64,000 bases of DNA from Thalassobaculaceae bacterium (GTDB taxonomy: Bacteria; Pseudomonadota; Alphaproteobacteria; Thalassobaculales; Thalassobaculaceae): NCBI GenBank assembly GCA_965228875.1, contig OZ245843.1, forward strand, positions 310,001 through 374,000. The letters run 5' to 3'. The notes beneath the pieces are model-generated. The model was not told the DNA's origin and did not search any database. It saw only the letters and a list, made by a program, of their open reading frames with translations. This document shows positions 30,833 through 38,404 of the stretch, piece after piece (position 1 is the stretch's first letter; each line of letters begins with the position of its first letter). The translations under genes and the position numbers were made by a program.

Positions 30833-31123
30833 ATGTCGACCACGGACTCGGATCTGGATCTGGTCCTAGCGCGGCTTGCGGACGACCCGGCGTTCTTCGA
30901 GGCCTGTCAGCGGGCGACCAGGGGCCGACAGGGCGACGAGGCGATCCTGAGGTTGATGAATTTCGCTTCGGAGTCCGGCTACGAGGTCACGTTCCAGGAG
31001 GCGAAGGAGACGCGGAAGCGCGCTCTCACCCTGCAGGCCGAGCGGATGCGCGTGCTTCGCGAGGCGCTGGCCCGCGAGCGCGGCCGGGACGTTCGTCTCG
31101 AGGATTTCTTCAGGCAGTGGTGA
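30833..31123 (+). CDS. Nif11-like small protein without a double-glycine site (96 aa, ends EDFFRQW)
   Basis: GAGGAG RBS. LADDPAF...QGDEAI...ASESGYEVT resembles the downstream leaders, and it shares their C-terminal Trp motif. Confidence 0.75.
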   Translation: MSTTDSDLDLVLARLADDPAFFEACQRATRGRQGDEAILRLMNFASESGYEVTFQEAKETRKRALTLQAERMRVLREALARERGRDVRLEDFFRQW

Positions 31124-31286
31124 CGGGCCGTCACCGTCATCCGATCGATCGAGCTCGGCGGGCCGCAGGAATGCCCGTCATCCGCCGAGCCAACAGGCCG
31201 GCCGGGAAGCATTTTCCGGTTCGGACCGATGTCGACGGACGGGCGTACCAACGCTCCCGCAGGGGCGCAACCAAGAGGAGTTCAAG

Positions 31287-31733
31287 ATGACAATGCAGGC
31301 AATGGCGTCGTTTGTGGAGAAGGCGCAGCAGGATCCGGCACTGGCCGAAGAACTGGTCACCATCATCGATCAGAACGACACCGACGCGATCTATTCCAAG
31401 GTGGTGACGCTCGCCAACGACAACGGCTTCTCCGTGACCGTCGATGACGTGAAGGAGACCCGTCAGCAGTTCGAGAAGATGTCCGACGCGGGGTACGAGG
31501 GCGACATGAGCGACGACGAGCTCGACAACGTCTCCGGCGGTATCGTCGTGTCCTCGGCGGTCGCGGCCGCCATCATCACCGGTGGACTCGGCGTTGCCGC
31601 GGCGGGCGTCGGAGCGGCTGGTGCCGTCGGCGCGGCGGGTGTCGGCGCCGGTGGCGTGATCGCGGCGGCGGTGATTAAGCGCGGTATCAACAACACCGTC
31701 AACGACATCGGCAATTTCTTCAAGAAGTGGTGA
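31287..31733 (+). CDS. Nif11-like leader RiPP precursor A1 (85-aa leader, 63-aa core)
   Basis: FVEKAQQDPALAEEL...ANDNGFSVT...MSDDELDNVSGG, then an Ala/Gly/Val-rich core ending GNFFKKW. Confidence 0.9.
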   Translation: MTMQAMASFVEKAQQDPALAEELVTIIDQNDTDAIYSKVVTLANDNGFSVTVDDVKETRQQFEKMSDAGYEGDMSDDELDNVSGGIVVSSAVAAAIITGGLGVAAAGVGAAGAVGAAGVGAGGVIAAAVIKRGINNTVNDIGNFFKKW

Positions 31734-31738
31734 CCGAT

Positions 31739-31767
31739 GGCTGCGGGTGCACTCCGTACCCGCAGCC
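31739..31767 (+). promoter_or_regulatory. Intergenic stem-loop between A1 and B1
   Basis: GGCTGCGGGT...ACCCGCAGCC 10-bp stem followed by pyrimidine-rich TCCTCTTC. Conserved in the second repeat copy. Confidence 0.6.
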
Positions 31768-31797
31768 TCCTCTTCAACGCTTGCAGGGATCAGAAGC

Positions 31798-32223
31798 ATG
31801 TCCAATCAGGCAATGACACAGATGCTCGAAAAGGCTATGGCCGACGAGGGTTTCGCCCAGGGGCTTGTTGCCGCCGTCGGCGAGAAGCAGGGCGACGCGG
31901 CGATCGATGCCGTGGCCGAGTACGGCAAGGCGAACGGCTTCGCCGTCACCGCTCAGGACGCCACGGAGATGCAGCGCCATCTCATGGCGACGGCCGTTAC
32001 CCCCGAAGGCGATCTCGACGATGCGGACCTCGACAATGTGGCGGGTGGTGTCGGCGTGCTTTCGCCGTTCGTCAGCGGATTCGGCAGTGGCGGCGGCCTG
32101 AACAACGCGTTGTCGAATTGGCACATCGGCGGCGGCGTCCGTCCGCAGCCGGCCGGCCCCTCGGTCGGCCAGGCCATCGATCAGGGGCTCCGGTCGGTCG
32201 AGAACTTCATCCGGCAGTGGTAG
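31798..32223 (+). CDS. Nif11-like leader RiPP precursor B1 (84-aa leader, 57-aa core)
   Basis: ...GKANGFAVT...LDDADLDNVAGG, then a core ending ENFIRQW. Confidence 0.88.
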   Translation: MSNQAMTQMLEKAMADEGFAQGLVAAVGEKQGDAAIDAVAEYGKANGFAVTAQDATEMQRHLMATAVTPEGDLDDADLDNVAGGVGVLSPFVSGFGSGGGLNNALSNWHIGGGVRPQPAGPSVGQAIDQGLRSVENFIRQW

Positions 32224-32230
32224 TCCGCCG

Positions 32231-32276
32231 GTGTCGGCACATCGGTCCAGTCATTGTCGCAGCGATGTGCCGACAC
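32231..32276 (+). promoter_or_regulatory. 14-bp inverted repeat after B1
   Basis: GTGTCGGCACATCG-N18-CGATGTGCCGACAC. Confidence 0.55.
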
Positions 32277-32491
32277 GGGGGCTACCCGGACCGGTCCGAG
32301 AAGCCCTCTCGTGATCGTCGATGGCATGCGGACCGACTGTCGCGTCCATGCCAATCGAGCTCGGCGGGTCCAGGACATGGCCGTCATCTGATGAGTCAAC
32401 CAACCAGTCGGGGAAGCTTCTCCGGTTCGGACGATGCCGGCGGACGGGCGCACCAAGGCTTCCGCCGTGGCGCAATCAGGAGGAGTTCAAG

Positions 32492-32956
32492 ATGACAATG
32501 CAGGCAATGGCTTCGTTTGTGGAGAAGGCTCAGCAGGATCCGGAACTAGCCGACGAACTGGTCTCCATCATCGATCAGAACGACACCGACGCGATCTATT
32601 CCAAGGTCGTGGCACTCGCCAACAACAACGGCTTCGCCGTGACCGTCGATGACGTGATGGAGACCCGTCAGCAGTTCGAGAAGATGCCCGAGGGGGGATA
32701 CCAGGGCGACATGAGCGACGACGAACTCGACAACGTCTCTGGTGGCATCGCGTCGGCGGTCCAAGCCACCGGTTCACCACTCGGCAATGCTGCGGCCGCC
32801 GGTGCCGTGGGTGTCCGCACCGCTGCTATGACGTCCACGGCGATCGTTCAAGCCGCGGACTTGAGTGCAGCGGGCGCCCGCGTCGGTGGGGGCATCGCCT
32901 CGGCGGTGACCAAGCGCGGCGTCAATGACTTTGGTAGCTTCATCAAAAAGTGGTGA
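32492..32956 (+). CDS. Nif11-like leader RiPP precursor A2 (85-aa leader, 69-aa core)
   Basis: Leader 74/85 identical to A1 by manual alignment. ELDNVSGG site, core ends GSFIKKW. Confidence 0.9.
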   Translation: MTMQAMASFVEKAQQDPELADELVSIIDQNDTDAIYSKVVALANNNGFAVTVDDVMETRQQFEKMPEGGYQGDMSDDELDNVSGGIASAVQATGSPLGNAAAAGAVGVRTAAMTSTAIVQAADLSAAGARVGGGIASAVTKRGVNDFGSFIKKW

Positions 32957-32962
32957 TCGATT

Positions 32963-32989
32963 GCTGTGGGTGCGCTCCGTACCCGCAGC
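32963..32989 (+). promoter_or_regulatory. Intergenic stem-loop between A2 and B2
   Basis: GCTGTGGGT...ACCCGCAGC. The C>T change relative to copy 1 keeps pairing as U-G. Confidence 0.55.
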
Positions 32990-33020
32990 CTCCTCTCCAA
33001 CACGTCCAAGGATCAGGGTC

Positions 33021-33407
33021 ATGTCCAATCAGGCAATGATACAGATGCTCAAGAAGGCGATGGGCGACGAAGGTTTCGCCCAGCGGTTCGTTACCGCCGT
33101 CGGCGACAAGCAGGGCGATGCGGCGATCGAGGCCGTGGCCGAGTACGGCAAGGCGAACGGCTTCGCCGTCACCGCTCAGGACGCTGCGGAGATGCAGCGC
33201 CAGTTCATGGCCACGGCCGATACCGCCGAGGGCGACCTCGACGATGCTGACCTCGACAATGTGTCAGGCGGTCTCAACATGTTTTCGCAGTGGACCAACA
33301 AGTCTGGCTTAACAAACCCGCCGTCGCATTGGCAGGTCGGCCGCGAACGTCTGCAACCGGCCGGCCCGTATGCCAGCCAGGCCGGGAACTTCATCCGTCA
33401 GTGGTAG
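33021..33407 (+). CDS. Nif11-like leader RiPP precursor B2 (84-aa leader, 44-aa core)
   Basis: Leader 70/84 identical to B1 by manual alignment. DLDNVSGG site, core ends GNFIRQW. Confidence 0.88.
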   Translation: MSNQAMIQMLKKAMGDEGFAQRFVTAVGDKQGDAAIEAVAEYGKANGFAVTAQDAAEMQRQFMATADTAEGDLDDADLDNVSGGLNMFSQWTNKSGLTNPPSHWQVGRERLQPAGPYASQAGNFIRQW

Positions 33408-33529
33408 CTGGGCGGTGCGGGCATAGCGGGTCGGCCATTGCCGGAGCGATGTGCCCCACACCGGGGCGAGGCGGGCGGATCCGGCTGGCGCCCTCCTGGC
33501 CATCTATCCGATCAGGTCCCGTCGCTTTC

Positions 33530-35065
33530 ATGGACGATGAGATGAAGAGCCAAGCGCATACAGGCTCGCTGACCGACAATCGCCAGGTCCCTGACTGGTC
33601 CGGGGTTGTCGGCGGGGCATACGTGCTGACCGACCCCGCCGACCGTGCCGCCTGGGGGCGCCGGACCTTCGGGCCGGACGTCCCGGTGGCCGCAGTCGTG
33701 CGGCCGGGTTCCGCTGCCGAGGTCGCCGGAGCGCTCCGGATGGCGACGCAGCATCGGCACCCTGTCCACCCCGTCAGCCGGGGTGCGAACTGGGGCATGG
33801 GCTCGCGGGCGCCGATGCAGTCAGGGGCGGCGATCCTGGACCTGTCACGGCTTACGACGATCGAGGAGGTGGACTTCCGGCACGGCGTGGTGCGGGTCGA
33901 ACCGGGCGTAACGTTCCAGATGCTCGCCGATTACCTGACCGAGCGCGGCTCGCGTTTCTTCGTACCGGAAATCGGCGGGTCGCCGGATGCCAGCGTCCTT
34001 GCCAATGCGTTGGACCGTGGAGACGGCGCCCTGGGCGACCGGTGGGCGTCGCTGAGCGATCTGGCTGTCGTCCTGCCGGACGGCCGCGTTGTCGAGACCG
34101 GGTTCGCCGGACGGTCGGCGCATCGTCTCGCCGGTCTGCACGAGGGCGCCGCCGGTCCGGTGATCGACGGACTGTTCAGCCAGTCGAACCTTGGCGTCGT
34201 CGTGGCTGGCTGCCTTCGCCTCGAACCGATGCCGGAGAACCTCGCCATATTCAGCGTGCGTGTCGACGCGCGGGAGGCGATGCCCGACATGCTTGAGGTG
34301 CTGCGCGAGATGCAGGTCGCCGGTGCGGTGCGCGACCGGTCGGTGACGCTGTGGAACGGCGTGAAGTTCCTGGCTCGCGAGAATCCACGGGTCCGGTACG
34401 ACGAGAGCGCAATCCGGCAGGCGGCGACCGAGACATGGATGATGTCCGGCTACCTCCAGGGCGAGACCGAGGCCCTGCTCACCCAACGCGGCAACTGGGT
34501 TCTGGAGCGTTTCGCCGCCGGCGGCATGCAGGCGGACGCCAGTCTGGTTCGCATCGGCGGCCAGTGGCTCGACGGATGCGACGGTCTGCTCGGCAGCCCG
34601 AGTCCACGCAATCTGCGCACCGCCTACTGGAGCGAGGACGGTATTCCAGAGGCCGAGGCCATGGATCCGGACGCCGACGGTTGCGGGCTGCTCTGGCTTT
34701 GCATCGCGTTTCCGTTCGACGGGGAGGTCGTGGCGCAGTTCGCGCTGCGGGCGGCGACCATCCTCGGGCGCTACGGAATCGACTTCAACTTCGGTGCGGA
34801 AGCCGTAAGTTTTCGCTGTCTGCTGTCCTACGTGAGCATGTCGTATCGACGGGACGGCCCGGACGACGACGCGTGTGCAGTCGAGGCCTACAGCGCCGTA
34901 CTGGAGGAGGCGGAGGCGATGGGGCTCGCTCCGTACAGGTTGGCGAACGGTCTGGCGAGAAGCTGCCGGTCGTATCCTGATCCTCTGGACGACTACCTGG
35001 CCGCGCTCCGCCAGGTTGCGGATCCGGCGGGGATCCTCTCGAAAGGCCGTTCCGGTATCGGCTGA
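33530..35065 (+). CDS. FAD-binding oxidoreductase, VAO/p-cresol methylhydroxylase flavoprotein family
   Basis: VSRGANWGMGS, LDLSRL, VEPGVTF..L, SVLANALDRG, GPVIDGLFSQSNLGVV, C-terminal PYR and DPAGILSKGRSGI. Start could also be 33542. Confidence 0.85.
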   Translation: MDDEMKSQAHTGSLTDNRQVPDWSGVVGGAYVLTDPADRAAWGRRTFGPDVPVAAVVRPGSAAEVAGALRMATQHRHPVHPVSRGANWGMGSRAPMQSGAAILDLSRLTTIEEVDFRHGVVRVEPGVTFQMLADYLTERGSRFFVPEIGGSPDASVLANALDRGDGALGDRWASLSDLAVVLPDGRVVETGFAGRSAHRLAGLHEGAAGPVIDGLFSQSNLGVVVAGCLRLEPMPENLAIFSVRVDAREAMPDMLEVLREMQVAGAVRDRSVTLWNGVKFLARENPRVRYDESAIRQAATETWMMSGYLQGETEALLTQRGNWVLERFAAGGMQADASLVRIGGQWLDGCDGLLGSPSPRNLRTAYWSEDGIPEAEAMDPDADGCGLLWLCIAFPFDGEVVAQFALRAATILGRYGIDFNFGAEAVSFRCLLSYVSMSYRRDGPDDDACAVEAYSAVLEEAEAMGLAPYRLANGLARSCRSYPDPLDDYLAALRQVADPAGILSKGRSGIG

Positions 35066-35113
35066 GCGGCCGTCGAAGGCGCCGGTCGGGCCCCATGCGC
35101 GGTTGTCGGCGGT

Positions 35114-36550
35114 TCAGTCCTGGAAATAGCGGTCGCCCGTGGTGGCGAGGCCATACCATCGGTCGCGAACCTCGCGGTAGTGCCGGTCGTAATCGTAGTA
35201 GTCGACGGGCAGGGCGAGGTCCTGTGCGGTCAGCCGTCCCATCGCGGCGAGAAGCTGGTAGCCGGACACCAGGACGTCGTAGCGCGCGCGGACCAGGCGG
35301 ACCTGACCGTCCAGCAGGGACTGCTCCGCGTCGAGGACGTCGAGGACCGTCCGGGCCCCGACCGCCGCCTCGCTGCGAACGCCTTCCAGCGCCAGCGTTG
35401 CCGCCGATATCTGCGTCTCCAAGGCGTCGATCTGAGACAGATTGCCCTGCAGCGCCTCGAAAGCGTTGGCCGCCTCCTCTCGTGCCGACCGGAGCTGGTC
35501 GATCGCGGTGAAGCGCAGCCGGCGGAGGTTCTCGTGGGCCTCCCGGGCCTTCGAGGAGGCGATGCCGGACTGGTACAGCGGCACGGAGAGCCGCAGGGTG
35601 GCGGTCGCGGCCCAGTTCAGGTTGTCTCCACCGCCGGAATTTTCGGCGCGGCTGACATCGGCCACGAGATCGAGGGATGGCAGCAGGTCGGACTCCGCCG
35701 CGTCGAGCTGATGCGCGGCGGCAGCTTCCGCGAAACTGGCCTGGATCAGGGCGAAGTTGCCGTCTGTGGCTGCATCGACCGCCGCGGAGCGGGTCTCCGG
35801 CAGCGCCGTCGGCAGTGTCGGAACCGTAAGCTGGCCGGGAATGCTGCCGATGACGCGCTCGTAGGTGACGCGGGCCTGTGCCAGGCTGGCTTCGGCCTGC
35901 CGTACGTTGGCTCTTGCTTCCGCGACACTGGCTTGCGCCTGGGCGACGTCTGTGCGGGTCAGGTCGTCGACCTCGAAGCGTGCCGTCGTCGCCTCCAACT
36001 GCCTGTCCAACCGGTCGAGATTGTTACGCTGCAGGCTGAGTGTGGCCGACTCGCGGATCACCGTCATATAGGCCGTGACGGCCGAGATGAAGGTGTCCTG
36101 TTCGGCCCGGAACAGTGCCGCGCGCTGGGACTCGATCGTTGCGTCCGCAGCTTCGACCTTCGCTTCGACCCGGCCGAAGGTATAGAGCGGTTGGGTCGCC
36201 TGCAGCGTGAGGTTGGTCGGATAGGAACTGTTGCTGACGGTGTAGCCGTTCGACGTCTGCTCCACTGAGGTTGCGCCGACCGATCCCGACGCGTTGACCT
36301 GCGGGCGCCAGCCGCCGAGCGCCTGGGGCGACAACTCGTCGGTCTGTCGCAGTTGCGCCCTCGCGGCGATCAGCGCCGGATTGCCGACATACGCGCGGAC
36401 CAGTGCTTCGTGCAGCGTCTCCCCGGCTGCCTGTCGCCACGGGACGATCAGCGCGATCGCCGCCAGGGACACGATCGTCAGGGGACGAAGGCTGGAACGG
36501 AGCGGCAGAGTAAGGCCCGCCCTGAAGAGCATCGAATACAGGTTTATCAT
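35114..36550 (-). CDS. tolC: TolC-family type I secretion outer-membrane channel
   Basis: Signal peptide then ETLHEAL..AY..NP, TRTDVAQAQA, VPLYQSG, VGARTVLDVLDAEQ, LLAAMGRLTA. Confidence 0.92.
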   Translation of the reverse strand: MINLYSMLFRAGLTLPLRSSLRPLTIVSLAAIALIVPWRQAAGETLHEALVRAYVGNPALIAARAQLRQTDELSPQALGGWRPQVNASGSVGATSVEQTSNGYTVSNSSYPTNLTLQATQPLYTFGRVEAKVEAADATIESQRAALFRAEQDTFISAVTAYMTVIRESATLSLQRNNLDRLDRQLEATTARFEVDDLTRTDVAQAQASVAEARANVRQAEASLAQARVTYERVIGSIPGQLTVPTLPTALPETRSAAVDAATDGNFALIQASFAEAAAAHQLDAAESDLLPSLDLVADVSRAENSGGGDNLNWAATATLRLSVPLYQSGIASSKAREAHENLRRLRFTAIDQLRSAREEAANAFEALQGNLSQIDALETQISAATLALEGVRSEAAVGARTVLDVLDAEQSLLDGQVRLVRARYDVLVSGYQLLAAMGRLTAQDLALPVDYYDYDRHYREVRDRWYGLATTGDRYFQD

Positions 36551-36708
36551 GACGGCAGGAAATATTAATCAAATCTAAGCCGCAATATCCGGACATCCGC
36601 GCAAATACTGATTTGGATGTGGTGCACGGAATCAGGAACGTTGGGGCTGAGCGGCGCTTTGACGTTGTGCCCAGAGGGGAACGGACGGTCCGAGTTCCCG
36701 TGCCGACG

Positions 36709-37992
36709 TCATCGGCGCGGTGTCTGCCCGTGGTTGGCGGGAGACAGGAACGCGGCGCAGATCGCGGCGCAGATCGCCAGGGTCATGAACACCTGGAGCG
36801 ATGCCGAGTAATCGCCTGTCCAGTCGCGCAGGACGCCGGAGAGGACCGGGCCGATCGCCTGCCCCGTCACCTGGACCGATAGCGCGACGCCGCGGATGGC
36901 ACCGAAGCTCTCCCGGCCGAACCTGTCGGCCCAGGCGATGGGCGGGACGGTGAGCAGACCGCCGATGCCGCATCCGAACAGGGCCGACGCGAGGAAAGCC
37001 GTCGCCGGTCCGTCGACCGTGATCATCAGCCAGCTTCCTACCGCCAGGAACCCGCCGACGGCGACGAGCACGCCTCGGGTGCCGAGGGGTCGGACGAGCG
37101 GGCCCACCAGGAAGCCGACGAGCCCTGACATCGCGGAGAAAGTGCTGACCACGAACGCGGCGGTAGTCGGATCCAGACCCCGCTCGACGAGGTGCGGAGC
37201 CTGGTGGAGGCTCACACCGGCCTGGACGGGGTAGGCGAGAAACGTGAAGGTCAGGAGCAGCCAGAAGGCCGGCTCGCGCATCGCTTCGGCCCGGGAGTAG
37301 GAGGGTTGCGGAACCGCCGCGCCGTCCCCGTGCATCGCGGCGCCGTCCTGACCGGGCGTGCCGCCGTCGGGCTCCTGGCCCAGATCCTCGGGCCGACGTG
37401 CCAGTAGAAACACCGTCGGCAGGAAGCCGACCACGAGAACGGTCGTGCCGACGGCGACCCAGCCCCATCGCCAGTCCCCCGCCAGGTGGATGGCGCTATG
37501 GGCGATCAGCGGCATGGCGGTCAGGCCGATCATCAGCCAGAGCGTCGAGATCGACGTCGCTATCGGCCGCAGGCGTACGAACCAGTTGTTGATCGCGCCG
37601 TAGATTCCGAGGTCGAACGGCCCGGCGAAGTTCATGCGCGCGATGCAGAACAGAACGTAGAAGGCGACCAGCGACTCGATCCCGGAGAGCGCGATGCAGC
37701 AGATTCCGGTAACCGCCACGGCCCAGATCAGGATGCTTCGGGCGCCCTGCCGGTCGACCAGCGGACCGAGGCCGGGCGACACCACGGCCGCCAGGAGGCC
37801 GCCGACGGAGACCGCCGCCGAGATCGCCGTCCTGGACCAGCCGAGCTCGCCTGTCATCGGGTCGACGAAGATCGAGAGCGTGGCGACCGCCGGGCCCTGG
37901 CGTGCGAAGCTCACGCAGCAGACGACCCCCAGCACCACCCAGCCGTAGTAGAACGACAGGCGATCGGCGAGAAGTCCCGGCAACCGCGTCAT
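36709..37992 (-). CDS. MFS transporter (OFA/MCT-like)
   Basis: FYYGWVV, WSRTAIS, GPLVDRQGAR motif A, NWFVRLR, ADRFGRESFG, multiple TM segments. Confidence 0.88.
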   Translation of the reverse strand: MTRLPGLLADRLSFYYGWVVLGVVCCVSFARQGPAVATLSIFVDPMTGELGWSRTAISAAVSVGGLLAAVVSPGLGPLVDRQGARSILIWAVAVTGICCIALSGIESLVAFYVLFCIARMNFAGPFDLGIYGAINNWFVRLRPIATSISTLWLMIGLTAMPLIAHSAIHLAGDWRWGWVAVGTTVLVVGFLPTVFLLARRPEDLGQEPDGGTPGQDGAAMHGDGAAVPQPSYSRAEAMREPAFWLLLTFTFLAYPVQAGVSLHQAPHLVERGLDPTTAAFVVSTFSAMSGLVGFLVGPLVRPLGTRGVLVAVGGFLAVGSWLMITVDGPATAFLASALFGCGIGGLLTVPPIAWADRFGRESFGAIRGVALSVQVTGQAIGPVLSGVLRDWTGDYSASLQVFMTLAICAAICAAFLSPANHGQTPRR

Positions 37993-38035
37993 CGACGGCG
38001 GCCCCGGGACGGGCTCGGCGGTGGTCCGCCCGGCG

Positions 38036-38242
38036 TCATGTCGGGGTGTTCTTGGCGGCACCCGGTACCCGGCTCCGACGGCCCCGCATGTAGTTCGCCG
38101 CCGGGACCTCCTGAATGATGACGGTGATGCCGTCCAGGGGCGCGGCGATCGTTTCCGTCACCGCGTCGGTAAGGCGCTCGCTGAGGGTCTGGCGCGTCGC
38201 CTCGTCGTAGCCTTGCATCAGAGTCACCGTGATCACCGGCAT
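38036..38242 (-). CDS. 4-oxalocrotonate tautomerase-family protein (68 aa)
   Basis: GGAGG RBS. Met-Pro start (catalytic Pro1) MPVITVTLMQG...LTDAV...ITVIIQEV. Confidence 0.82.
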   Translation of the reverse strand: MPVITVTLMQGYDEATRQTLSERLTDAVTETIAAPLDGITVIIQEVPAANYMRGRRSRVPGAAKNTPT

Positions 38243-38404
38243 AGAATCCTCCATGTTGCGGGCGAAGTCTGGGTCTTGGCAGGCATACACTGTGCCCGGG
38301 GACGGAGGTGGGAGGAGATCCCCCGACAACTCCTCCAACGGACGAGCGTCAGGGGCGCCCCGCGGGCTGTGCCGCATTCCGGGCGGCGTCGGCAAATCGA
38401 TCGT

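Larger units (their letters stand above)
31148..33470 (+). repeat. Degenerate tandem duplication (~1.2 kb unit) carrying precursor pair A-B
   Basis: ATCGAGCTCGGCGGG at 31148 and 32354. GAGGAGTTCAAGATGACAATGCAGGCAATGGC precedes both A genes. A-B spacers are homologous, and CATTG.CG.AGCGATGTGCC follows both B genes. Endpoints approximate. Confidence 0.88.

Noticed and set aside
31287..33407. Lanthipeptide, thiazole/oxazole or proteusin assignment for the precursors
   Set aside because: The cores have no Cys, and no LanM/LanBC, YcaO or radical-SAM gene is in the window. Enzymes acting in trans cannot be excluded.
33290..33529. 80-aa N-terminal extension of the flavoprotein in the ORF track, overlapping precursor B2
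   Set aside because: It overlaps a well-supported gene in another frame and crosses repeat-derived spacer sequence. Family similarity starts only after ~33590.
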